From Camelus dromedarius (lineage: Eukaryota), in the NCBI RefSeq assembly GCF_036321535.1, contig NC_087436.1, positions 122,514,001-122,578,000 of the forward strand: DNA of 64,000 nucleotides, read 5' to 3'. Below the pieces are notes generated by a model. It was not told the DNA's origin. It searched no databases and was given only the letters and a program-made list of their open reading frames with translations. Of this stretch, positions 23,096 through 34,732 are shown one piece after another. The position numbers and the translations under genes were made by a program. Each line of letters begins with the position of its first letter. Positions within the stretch are counted from its first letter, which is position 1.

Positions 23096-25179
23096 CGCCC
23101 GGCGTGGGTCAAGGCACTCCGGCTTCTGGGGAGCTGCTGGAACAGACAGTGCGGCTGGCGGCCTCCCACCTCTCTGCACGTGCATGCCGCCGGCCTGCCG
23201 GCCACGGGGCCCTCACCGCCCCACAGTGGCCTGCTGTCCACAGAGCAGGCGAGACTGCTGGGCTCTGGAGCCAGGCCTCCACGGTGGACCTGCTCTGCCC
23301 GGGGCAGCCGTGCCCACCCGGGCCTTGGGGCCCGTCTGTCCCAGGGCCCAGAGCGGTGCACACAGCCAGGGCCGCTGCTGCCCTCTCGTGCGCCCAGGGC
23401 CCCCCAGGAGAGGCACTGGCCACTGTGCTGGCCAGGCCAGTGGGTCACCACCCTAGGAGCTGGTAAAAGGCATCTGGGGCCAGGCCAGAGCTGCCCTTTG
23501 TGGCCAGTGCCTGGGTCTAAGGGCTGGTCTCTGGGGCAGACGGTGGAGTGGCCTGACCGCTGGTGTCAAGGCATCAGACTGGGGTGGCCCTGAGTGGAGT
23601 CTGCCAGCAAGAGGGTCTCTGGGGGCCCAGGGGCTGGACCCCACAGCCCCACACCTGGCCCAGTCTGAGCAAGTGAACAGTGTGTGTGTGTGCGTGCGCG
23701 CGTGCGCTCTGTTGCCCCAGTGAGGGAAGCACCGCGCACCTAGCCGGGCTGAGGGCCAGACTGCTCACCCAGAAGCCCGGGGCTCTGTCCTGTGTCCCCA
23801 CATTCCAGGCAAGGTGCCTGGGCCTCAGGGACCTGCCCAAGGTCACAGGCAGAGCTCAAAGCCACACAGGTGGCATCAGGAGGGGCCGCAGGGCTGGTCA
23901 CAGTGACCAGGACGGCAGCCCTGCCGATGCTCTGGGGCCGAGCAGGGGCTCCGACCTCTGGGAGGCCTGAGAGGGGCCTGCTGGGCGCTGCTGCTGCTGC
24001 GGGAGCAAGGCTCCAGGGGAGTGGAGCGGAGGGCAGCTCTGCAGGCCTGGGCAGGGCAGGGCAGGGCAGGGCAGGACGTCAGCCTTGTGCCCACATGGCC
24101 GGAGTGCATGCAGTTGGGAGGGCATGTCCAGGCGGGGCTCTGGGACAGCTGAGGGGGTGGATGGTGGGGCGGTGGGGTGGCCTCCTCACTGACCATTGAC
24201 TGTGAACGCTGAAGGCCTGATACACTGAGCCCTGGGGATGGGTCTTCAGGATTTGTCCCCCTATCCCCTGACCTACCCTAGCCCGTTGGGGGCCTCCTGC
24301 CCGCCCAAGCCCCTTCCCTGTTCTGAGTCTCCTGCCCCCACCCCCTGCACTCTCTGTGGTCCCCTAGACCCCTCCCCCTGTCTAGCATTGGGGCGTGCCT
24401 TGCTGCTCTGGCCCCTAAAACTGGGGCTCCCCTGTGTCCTCAGGTCACCACCCCCGTGAACCCTGGAAGCATTTGTGTCTCTGCAGACTCTGTTCGCTCA
24501 CTCATCCCCTCACTCCCTCTGCCCTGGGATGAACCTGCAGGGCCAGCTCTGGGTCTGGTGGCTGGATCTGCAGGACCGACGCCACCCTTCTAACCCCGAG
24601 ACAGGAGCTGGCAGGCCGGGTGGGGAGTGGGCTTCCTGGGAGCAGCGTGGGGGCTGCTGCGCCTGAACTCTGTGCACGGGGGTTGGGGGGTGGGCAGTGG
24701 GCAGGACTGGGGGGGTCCTGGGGGAGGGCAGAGGAGCTAGTGTGGAAGCAGCCCCAGCCCCTGCGTGCTGCAGCCAGGAAGCTCAGCAGCAATGATCGGG
24801 GGGTCGTGGGGGACCACAAGCCCAGGGAAGCTGCAGGGGACGTGGCTGAGCACCCATCTCAGCGGCTTCAGTGACTGAGAGGGAGGTGGGTGGGTGCAGA
24901 CCCAGGGCTCCCTGTGGGAGTGAGGGACAAGGGGAGATGGCCAGGCCCACTGGGACCCCAGACAAGGGACATACCATCCCTGCAGGGGCCCTGGGGTGAA
25001 GGCGGGACAGGTGCCCTTCTCCGAGGTGAGACACCAAGGGTCTGCAGCCCGCGGTGCTTCTGCTTCTGCAGAGAATTCAAGGTGAATTCAGGTCAGCAGG
25101 TCTGCGTCAGCCACACCACCCCAGCCCCATCGGGGACTGCAGCTGCCTGGGTGGCGTCCCTCTGCACAGGACACTCGGG

Positions 25180-25265
25180 GAATGAAAAGCAGAGCGTATT
25201 GATTTCATTTCCAAATTATTAATCAACTTCACAGCTCAACAGAAATATTGTATTGTTCAGCTTGG
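25180..25265. promoter_or_regulatory. Small AT-rich candidate regulatory element
   Basis: 'tattgatttcatttccaaattattaatcaac...aaatattgtattgttc' within GC-rich flanks; TATTGATT (ONECUT-like) and ATTGTT (SOX-like) motifs. Confidence 0.4.
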
Positions 25266-26129
25266 GCAGGTCCAAATGGCTCTCCCTCGGGCGAGGAGCG
25301 GGGGCCAGGGAAGGACGTCGGGTGATGCACATCCCCGCCTCCTGGAGGCCACCGGGCGCCGAGCGGGCCAGGTGAGTGCTGGGAGGGGACTGGGATTCAG
25401 GGCAGGGCAGGGTGCTGCCAGACCCTGGGCGTGGGACTGTGACCAGGGGCTTCTGCTGCCTTCCAGGAGACTGTAGGTGGAGCGTGGGGGCAAGTGCACC
25501 ACACCCTGGAACCTGGCCGACCACCCAGTCTTCCCATCCAGTCCTGCTCTGCCGTCCGCCCACCTGCCCCCTGCCTCCCCCACCAGCCAAGTCCCACCCA
25601 TGGCCAGCTCAGGGGCCTCTCTCCGTCCACCCTCCCCCGCCACTGGCCAGCCTTCCAGGGTCCGTCCCAGCCTGTGGCAGAGGGGACAGGGGACGGGGCG
25701 TGGGGTGGGGAGTGGGATTGTTCTCCAGGTGCCTGGAGGATGACAGTAGGGGTGACTTGATTTCCCCGTGGCTTGTGCATCAGGAGAGGCCTGGTCAGAG
25801 GTCCTGATGTCAACACGCTGGGAGGAAAACCCCGCAGACACGGGGGACCAGCACGACCAGGATGTTCAGTTTGCTGGGAGTTGGTCGGGTCATTTTTGGT
25901 GAATGGTGCACTGTGGTCTTGTTCAAAGCCCCTTTATCTTTTAGAAATATGCCCTGAAACACAGTGGATGAAAGGGTTTGTGTGGAGAACCCACTTCTAG
26001 GTGACCTGGGGGCGAGGGGAGGTAGAGATGAAACCAGATTCCTGAACTGGTGACTTGAGGGGCAATGGGTCCCTGGGGTCCTTGACACAGACCTGTCGAC
26101 GTTTGTGTTTGTGTCCACATTTCCACAAT

Positions 26130-26810
26130 AACGGAAACAAATGCAAATCAAACCACAACGAGCTACCCCCTCACGCCCATGGGGTCGGCCACTATGGAAG
26201 AGCCAGAAAATACTAGGTGCTGACGAGGACTCGGAGAAACTGGAGACTTGTGTGCACTGTTGGTGGGAATGTAGAATGGTGCAGCCACTGAGGAAAACAG
26301 TACGGAGGGTCCTCAAAAATTTAAAAATTTTGTTGCCATATGATCTTGCAATCCCACCCCTGGGTATGTGTTCAAAAGAATTAAAAGTGGGGTCTCAACA
26401 AGATACTTGCACACCCATGTTTACAGCCTCATCCTTCAAGACAGCTAAGATGTGGAAGCCTCTCAAGTGTCCATGGATGGAAGAACGTGGTCCGTCCACA
26501 CGGCAGAATGTTATTCAGGCTTAAAAAGGAAGGAAATTCTGACACCTGCTACAGCAAGGATGAACACTGAACACGCTCTGCTCTGGTGTCTGAAGCAGTC
26601 AGCTCCACAGAGGAGAGAGCAGGATGGTGGGAACCGGGGTGAGGGGATGGGGAGTCCGTGTTGACTAGGCCCAGAGTTTCTGAGGAGGTGACAGAAGAGA
26701 CCTGGCGACGAACAGCGCTGGCTGTGCAGTGGTGGGAACGTATGTAACGCCCCGACGCGCACACCTAAAACAGTTACGATGTAGACACCACATTACGTAT
26801 CTTAGCTCAG
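26130..26810 (+). mobile_element. LINE-1 3' end, L1MB-like
   Basis: ORF 26141-26524 (MQIKP...HCWWECRMVQPLRKTVRRVLKNLKILLPYDLAIPPLG) is the L1 ORF2 C-terminal CCHC region, followed by 3'UTR. Confidence 0.9.
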
Positions 26811-26815
26811 CTCAA

Positions 26816-26918
26816 GGGGGAGGGTGTGGCTCAGTGGCAGAGCGTGGGCTTAGCGTGCATGAGGTCCAGGGTTTGGTCCCCAGCGCTTCTGCTAAAAATA
26901 AATAAATAGACCTCACCT
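26816..26918 (+). mobile_element. tRNA-derived SINE, camelid Vic-1-like (diverged)
   Basis: gggggagggtgtggctcagtggcagagcgtgggcttagcgtgcatgaggtccagggtttggtccccag followed by aaaaataaataaatagacct. Confidence 0.85.
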
Positions 26919-27339
26919 CAATTCAAATGCTAGTGTGACGTACCAAAGCCATCGTATGCGGAGCTTAAACGGGTGAGCTGCAAGGCGTGGGAATGACATC
27001 CTGATAAAATTCAGGAAAGCGCATGCAGGTAGGTCTGTACGTTAACTTGGACCCAGCTCCTGGGTCAGGGCCCGGGGACTTGGAGGTGGACCGGGAGCGA
27101 GGACCTGGAGCCCGCAGGACGGGAGGGCATCCTGGGCCAGGGGTCACCTGGGCCGCAGATTTCAGGGGCTCCAGGTCTGGGTGTCACAGCCCTGGGTGGG
27201 TGGAGCCTCGCCCCAGTAAAGCTGCCCCAAAAGAGGAAACACTTTCGATTTGGACGAAAGGGCAGTGCAGGCTCACAGGAGGAAGTAAGGTGAGGAAACC
27301 CTTTAGAGGATGCATTTTACAGAAACAAGGGGCGACCAG

Positions 27340-28180
27340 AGGGCTGACTGGGAGCTGAGAGGGTCTGTGTGCCTGCCATGTGGGGCAGGTGGACGGGTCC
27401 ACAGGGAGGAGGCTGGAGCTGCCCGAGAGGCTGCCCCAGGGAGTCTGACCCGCACCTGGACCCAGAGGGGACGAGCATGTGCCGAGCCTGGCCTCTGCTG
27501 CCCTGGGTGAGGCTCTGGGGTAGGACTGCCGGGTCACCTTTCCAGGTGGCCACAAGGAGGCCTTCCGTGGGCATGGACGCCCTACCCAAGGAGAGGGGCT
27601 GTGTTCCCACCCCTCAAAGCAGACGGATGTGACGCAGGGTGGCTTCCAAGTTAATTGAAAGGGAGGCCACTCCTTCGGGGCACTCGGAGAGGCCGTGTGG
27701 GTCCCGGCTGGCAGGTCCCGGCCACGGCCAGTGTCGAGCACAGGTGTGGGGGGACACGGGGGAGGCAGCCCAGCCTCTGAGTGTCTCCTGCTGAGGTCAG
27801 ACATGGGGGCAGGAGGTCAGCCAGCCTGCTGGCCTTGTCCGAGCTCCTGACCTGAGCGTCTGTGAGCAGAACCGTGGCGAGTGCCGCAGGTGTAGGGTTG
27901 TCACGCTGCAGCGGACAAGGGACCCCACAGAGGGCATGTGCATAGAGAAGGGGAGGGGCTAGACCGGGTCTGGGGGAGCTGTCTATACTCGCGGGAGGAG
28001 GTAGGTCTGGCTGAGGGGACAGGGAGGCGGGTGAGAACCAGACCTGCGCCCAGAGCCCAGAGGAGTGTGTTCAGTGGGAGGAAGACATGGTCTCACCCCA
28101 GGGGCTGGACAGAGGGCCAGGGTGTGGTGTGGGCTGTGGGGGCTGCTCCCTGTGAGGCTTCAGGCAGAGATTCTAGGGCC
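27340..28180 (-). mobile_element. LINE-2 relic
   Basis: Purine-rich stretch 'gggcatgtgcatagagaagggggaggggctagacc...gagaaccag...gtgtgttcagtgggaggaag' is collinear with recalled antisense L2a; highly diverged. Confidence 0.45.
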
Positions 28181-29189
28181 TGTCTGGTGCTTCATGGGGT
28201 CTCCTTGAGGTCCAGCCAGGATGCACTCCCCTCGGGGAGCTGCTTCCTCCCCTGAAGGCCTCACTCGACCCCAGGACCGGCCCACACCTTCTCTCTCCCC
28301 AGACGAAGCCTCTCCTCCCTCCTGGGCCCCTGCCTTCCTGGCCGCTCGGCACAGGGGACTCACCCCTCCTGACCGCACTAGCACTGTGTCCTCGTCCAAG
28401 TGAATTCCAGGCTGCGGCCCTTCTGCCCCTAGAGGGTTCCTGGTACCACAGGGCCCCTTCCAGGAGACCCTCCCCTGCCAGAACCCCCAGGCCTGGCCTC
28501 ACCCTGCCCTGACAGCTGGCAGAATGGGGTCTTCCTGGAGGAGGTGGAGTTGGGGATGATGCTGGATGCTGGCTCCCTGGCTCCAGGGAGCCCCAGCCAG
28601 CTCAGGAGGCGCAGGGAGGGAGGGCACCGCGCTGGGAGGGGGTCTAGGCTCAGCCCTGCCCGCCGGGACGTCCAGTTTCCACCTGCCAGCGCCTGCCTCA
28701 GCCTCCCTGGCTGGCCAGGGTCCATGCAGGGGGAAGAGCCTCCCGCCCACTGTGCCTGTGGCCCCTGGCCCCGCGGGGCCCTCTGCTCCCCTGAGGAGGG
28801 TATCCGTTTCTGGGCTGCATGGCTGGGTGGCACTCACAGGTGAGGCAGGTCTGGGTTCGAGCCGCCTCTGCCTGAGATGTGACAGAGACATGGCTCGAGC
28901 GCACAGCTCTGCCCACCACTTTCTGCCCAGCCCCAGCGTTGCACTCCTGGCACATGTCCTACTCGGGGAAACTGAGGCACAGGGGCTCCCCAGTGCCAGC
29001 CTGTCCTTGGGGAGCTGGGCTCCAGTGGACGTGGTTGTTGGGGAGGACACTGCCTCTGCCCCGAGCACCCAGCCTGTGAAACAGGAGCTGGTCAGGGAGG
29101 CCGGGGGTTGGCAGAGCCGGAGCAGCCTGGGGGGTCCTGCGAGGCCGGCCTGCCAGCCCCGGGGGAGGGCAGAGCTGTGGGCTTGAGCC

Positions 29190-29410
29190 ATGGCCCGAAA
29201 TCACTCCCACTCCCCTCGGTGTTGAAGCCGTTCAATTTTTTCAAACCGCATTTTCTGTCTTATTGTTTCTTTTCGGGCAGCAGCAGCAATTTTCGATACA
29301 CACCTCAGATATGGCTCGGGTCACCTGTCATTCCAGAAAGGTCAGCGACTCATTTAAAGTTTCATCACTCTTCACATAAGCAGGCAGACACCATTTCATC
29401 TGCCGCAGCC
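29190..29410. promoter_or_regulatory. Candidate conserved non-coding element
   Basis: Non-TE island with lower GC and retained CpGs; contains TGTCA (MEIS), AAAGGTCA (NR4A/NBRE-like) and ATTGTT. Confidence 0.5.
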
Positions 29411-31429
29411 TTTGTGTGGCCGGGGCCCCGCCTGCCGCCTCCTTCCTGGCCCTGGAATCGACAGCCAGGCGGTCACCCCCGTGGGTGGGTTGCACCCTGC
29501 GGCTCCGGGCTCCCCTTGCCCCCTCAAACACACTTTCACTTAGTGGATGTTCCAGGGGCTGGGCCCCAGCCAGGCCTTCCCAGGCTGGCTCTTAAGATGG
29601 AATCATCCAATTGTGTGTCCCCCACCACACTGAAGTCTTGCAGGCCCCCTGGCCCCAGGTCCCCACCCCGAGCAGGCCCTGCCCCCTGCACCTGGCTGGC
29701 TGTGCTGGGAGACTGGCACAGGTGGATGGGGGGCCGGGGAGCCCTCCCCAGAGGCTTGGTGGAATCCCAGTGTCTTTGTGGCAGCTGGGGCCAGGCTGGG
29801 CTGGCAGCCCCATGCGAGGCCCGGGGCTGGGAGGGGTCTCTGGCCCCGGAGGACAGGCAGCCCTGAGACCCAGGTGGCCCTTGTCTGGCTGCCCCAGGAG
29901 TGGCCCTAGGGGCCTTGTTGACGCCCCCCTGCTCCAGGAGGACTTAGCATAACACTTGTAGATGCTTCTGAGGCAGGAAGATGTGACAACCGAAGGGGCA
30001 CGGCAGGGGCGGGGGCCGCAGGGCAGGTGGGGCTGGGCTGCCCGGCTTGGCTGCACTTGGCCTTCTCGCCCGGCTGGTGGGTGACAGCCTTGGCCCCCAG
30101 CGCTACTGGGACCTGGAGACCCAGCACTGCCCCGACATCCTTCACGGAGGACTCCTGGACTCAATGCAGGGCTGGGCAGGGCGGGGCGGGTGATGGGGTC
30201 GTTCCTCTCCCGCCCTGTCTGTCTGTCCTGCCCGCCCACGTGGTGTTTCTTGTTCCTTGCGGCCTGGGTGGCTGTCGTGCCTGCCTGTTCACACGAGGGG
30301 CCACCCCCATGGGCTCCTGGGAGGGTGAGGTGAGCACACAGCCCCTGCCCTCCCACCCCCAGGGCACAGCCTCCCACTGCAGAGGACCCACGCCTCCCCC
30401 GGCTCCGACCTTTCTAGGGTAACGCACCTGTCCCTCCCCACCTCTCTGCCCCCGCCCTCCAATCCCCTGACACCCCAATGGGGTGTGCCTCCTGCAGCTG
30501 GGAACCAGCCCACCACCCTCACCGTCCCTTCACCTCCAGTGAGGAGCTGATCAGTGCAGCCTCAACCACCTGGCCAGGCCGCTGACATCGTCCACGTCTT
30601 GTAGTGACTGGGCCTAGCCTTCTGGATCGAAGGAGTGTCACCTGGGCCACCTGGGGTCTCTGAGGCCGGCCACCAGTGCCCAGTGGTCTGGGGAGGCGGG
30701 TGGGAGTTTTCCTGTGAGCTGTTCTCAGGGGGTGGGTGGCGTCGGTGGCGGGGGGCAGCGATGAGACGTAGGCAGAAGGGGTAGCCTTAGAGGCCGCCCG
30801 GCCTGGGTTAAGGAGGCCCAGTGGGGCCCCTCCTGGTGCCTTGTGCCCCCCAGGCGGCCTCACCTTGGCTTCCTGCCCGCTGCCCGCCCTACTCACCCCA
30901 CCCACTCCCGGCTCCTTGCTTCAGGGACCCCTGGAGCTTCTCCTTCTGGGCGTGCTGTGGGAAACCGTGGGGTCCCAGAAGTTAGCTGAAGAAGGGGAAG
31001 ATGTGCAACATCCCTGCTTGGAGGCTTGGGTGGGGGGGGTGGGGGTGGGCTGGGCTGGGCTGGGCGGGAGGCGGACCCCTGGACATCGTAGGGGCCGAGG
31101 CCTGGGTGAGAGCAGGTAGGTGTGCACGGTGGGAACGGAGCTGGGGCTCTGCAATGAGGGGTTGGGGGAGGTGTGTGCGCACGTGTGTCTGTGGCGTCTT
31201 TGTGCCAGGAGCACGGCCTCCCAGCTGGGCCAGGCTGTGTGTGCCGGCCGAGGCTGCCTGTGGTTCTGGCAGAGGGGCGGCGAGCAGGGCGGCGAGCGGG
31301 GTGGGGGCCCCCAGGGTGAGGCCAGAGCAGTCTTTTCAAATGTTGCGCCACCTGCACGACTCTTTTCATTCAGAGCTCATTCTGGAGCTGGCCTCCTGCT
31401 GTGGGGCTCTGAGCGCACCTTCCTGCCCA

Positions 31430-31525
31430 GCTCTGGTCGCCAAGGTCACTCGCTAGGCCTCTCTAGGCCCCGTCTTCTCATCTATGAAGTGGGCGTGTGT
31501 GCCCATCAGCGACCCTCTGAGGTCT
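31430..31525 (+). mobile_element. MIR fragment
   Basis: 'ggcctctctaggccccgtcttctcatctatgaagtggg' resembles the MIR core. Confidence 0.5.
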
Positions 31526-32619
31526 AGGGGGCAAGCCAGGCAGGGAGTTCCTGGCTGGTCAGCCCATCCCCCAAGGGTTGGAGCATCCAGAAGTTTCCAA
31601 GGCCTGTTTGGGGCCCAGGGATGGTGGTGGTGTGCTGAGACAGCAGAGGTCTGGCTCTGCTGACCCCTCTCACCCTCACTCTGGCCACGCTCATCCCTGC
31701 TGTGTGGCCCGGGACTGCCCCTCCTGCCCACCTGCCCTACTGACCAGCGAGCCCCTTTCCCACAAAGCCGGCCTGAGCCCTTGAACCCCCTTGGGTGCCC
31801 CAGTCAGTCCTTGCCAGTCTACCTGGGCTCAGAGCTCACCTGTCCGCTTCCTCTGGGGCCAGGGAGCAGAGGGCCGGTGGAGTGAGCAATGCCTGCAGGG
31901 CCGTGTGCCGGCAGGCTGGGGGCCGGGCAGAACCGACCCTCCCAGAGGGGGCATGAGCCCTCAGGGAGAAGGCCTCTGCCCGAGGGACAGGGGGCCCCTC
32001 CTGGTCTGAATGCAGGCCCCCCAACACTCCGTACAGGGGATCCCCCAGCCTGCTGCAGCACCAGCCGACCCTGCCTGCTCTGTACCATCCATACACCCTC
32101 CTGCCCTCCACCACCCACCCTCCCACCCAGAGATCCACCCCCACCCCCACCCACCCTCTGAGCAGTGAGCCCACTAACAGGACACGGAGGCGGCCAGGCC
32201 ATGGTCTGGGCCCTGGGGACACCCAGCTGGCATGTTCTGGGTCTCAGCCGCTGGAGAATACGGCCAGGCTCGTGACTCCACCTCTGCCTGCTCCCTCTTG
32301 CCTCATGAGCCTCCCACGGGGGCTGAGTGAGGGGGGCTGCCCCAGCCCTTCTGAGACCCCACGGGCACAGAGAGCTTGCTACGGTCCTTGGGGACATCGG
32401 AGCACAGAGGGCACCCCGCCTGAAGGACACCTACCCCACGTGTCCTGCTGCGTGGAGTGCCTGCTCCCGGCCGAGGGCCAGGTGGGGTTTGGGCGGCTGC
32501 CTCTGTCCCCAGGCCCCTGGTCCTCTCTCTCGGTGAGAAGGGCCTGCTGCAGGAAGCAGGGCAGGGGCGGAAGGAGAGGCACCCCCGTGCCCGTACGCAC
32601 CCCCACGCGTGCCACAGAG

Positions 32620-33030
32620 GGAAGAAAGGTAAGTGATGGGCAGTATTTTAAGGCATATTAACCCAATTACAAGTATATTTTTACAATCGTGGCTCCGACA
32701 TTTATCACGCGGCGTTATTAGCCCCCGGAGCTGGGCTGTGTCAAATGAAGGCTATGAAACAGGAGCATTTCATTACGTTCTGCCGCGCTGGGCGCTCCAG
32801 CCCGCGACTCTTAAACCGCATGATTTTATCAAAATCTTCGGAAATTGAAGCAATCACTAAAAGGTGTCGGGGAATTAAAATGCTCTGTCTCGGTGAAAGA
32901 GATACACTTCTTGTAACATATAGCAGGGGTCTTTTTTAAAAGACACATCACTGTGCAGAGAAAAGGCATCAAACGCAGGAGGGGCTTTCCAGCAGGATCC
33001 GGCAGCAGCCGTTCTTCACGCTTAAACATC
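32620..33030. promoter_or_regulatory. Candidate conserved non-coding enhancer
   Basis: About 400 bp AT-rich, CpG-retaining, non-TE island with CAATTA, TTTTAC, TTTTAT and TGTCA motifs. Confidence 0.6.
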
Positions 33031-34379
33031 GGCTCCGGGGATGCAAGGCCTGAACCTTCTCCGTGCGCCTCCCTCTCCCTCTCCCCCCCACTGTGGGTTT
33101 TCCCAGTGTTTTTTCTCTCCCTCGCTCTCTGGGGTGCATCAGGCCCCACCAGCCTCGGGTCTGAGGGATGGGAGCCGGGCGCCCTGGGGTCAGGGCCCGT
33201 CGGCACCCCGGGGGGCCGGGGAGGTGGTGGCAGGGGCTGCTGCCGGGAGCCTGCTCCCACGCCTCTCAGACATGCCCGAATGCGGCCGCCCTCCCTGGGG
33301 CTTCTTTCTGTGAGGTCGGTGGGCAGGCCGGTGGCCATGGGACTGACATCTCGGAGCTTCACTAGGGAGTGTCCCCATCTCCTTCCATCTCCTTCCTGCC
33401 TTCATCGCCCCGCCGGATGCAGGAACGGCCCAGGGCTGGAGGGCCCCAGGGCCGAGGAGCTGGCCCTCTTCAGCCACGCAAGAGCCTCGGCTTTGCTGGA
33501 GACAGCTGGCCATGCACTGCCCTGGTCACTCTGTCCTGGAGGGCAAGGGGGGCACGCTGGGGTCTCTGTAGGAGCACAGGCCCTGGGCGGGGGGCAGTGC
33601 CCCACACCTCCTCCACACCTGCCCTGCTCAGAAGTTCCAAGGACGGGGCTGGGGTCAGGGCTAGCCGGTGGGCAGTCCCCACGTGGGCCCCATGATCAGT
33701 ACCAAGCCAGTCTCTGCCACATGCAGGGTCTCCAGACTCCTGCAACAGACAGGTTGGTTGAAGTACAGTGTTAGGAGTGGGGCTGGAGGAGGACACTGGC
33801 CCGGCCCTCACGGGTGGCCTCACCAGAACAGTGAGCTGGGGTCTGTGGCAGAAGGGACGAGGCCGGATTTGGGTTTAGCAAGCCCACCTCCAGTCCCTGC
33901 CCCTGCAGGAGTGGTGGGGAGATGCCTGAAGAGGGGTGAGGGGAAGAGGAGGGGAGGGAGATGGGAGAGGGACTGAGCAACCCCCTAACTGGACCTGAGT
34001 GGCCCAGGCCTGGCTGCAGTTCTGCTGATGTCACACGGGAGCTGGGCATTGCTGGACGTGGGGCCATGCAGAGGCCAGTGGACCTCGAGGGCCCAGGAAG
34101 CCGGCGGGGTGCCCGCTTTACACAGGGCCTGTGGACGTTCTTGGAGGAGCCTCCCTGCCCGCTCTGGGCCTCGTGTGGGTGATGGATGCTGGGCCGAGTG
34201 CCCGGCTGATGGCAGACTGCTGCCCAGGGCGGATCCCAGCACAGATCTTCTAGGGCCACTGGCTGGTCTCTGTCTCTCTCTCTGTCTGCCTTTGTCTCTG
34301 TCTCTCCTTTTTAAAGAAGCGTTATCGCAGAAGCAACACAGGTGAAGGGCTGGGAACAGCTGGTGTCCCTTGGTGGTGA

Positions 34380-34732
34380 AAGGTCAATATCCTGTGAACG
34401 GAAGTGTGAAGGTTGGTGGGAGCACCCGGGGGCCAGGCAGCATGAGCCGGGTCCAGAGACACACTCCGCCTGCGTCTCTCCCTCGGCCTCCGGCACCTGC
34501 TCGGTGATGCGTGAACTGCAGGTGGGCTCAGTGCTCCTGGGGCGGGGGGCTGGGGGGCCTCAAGGGCACGCATGGTCTGGGGAGTCGGTCTCGGCTTTCG
34601 AAGCCGGTGTGCTGGCTGTGCTGGCAGTGCTGGGCTCAGTGGGCAAAGGGTACGAGGGGTCTCTTGGTACAGTTTCTTACAAGTTCACGTGCTTCTGTAA
34701 TTTTCTCCAAATCAGAGTTTACCTAAAAACAA
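34380..34732 (+). mobile_element. LINE-1 3' end, L1MC/MD-like
   Basis: 'gggcaaagggtacgaggggtctcttggtacagtttcttacaagtt...ctgtaattttctccaaatcagag' is an L1MC/MD-type terminus. Confidence 0.6.
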
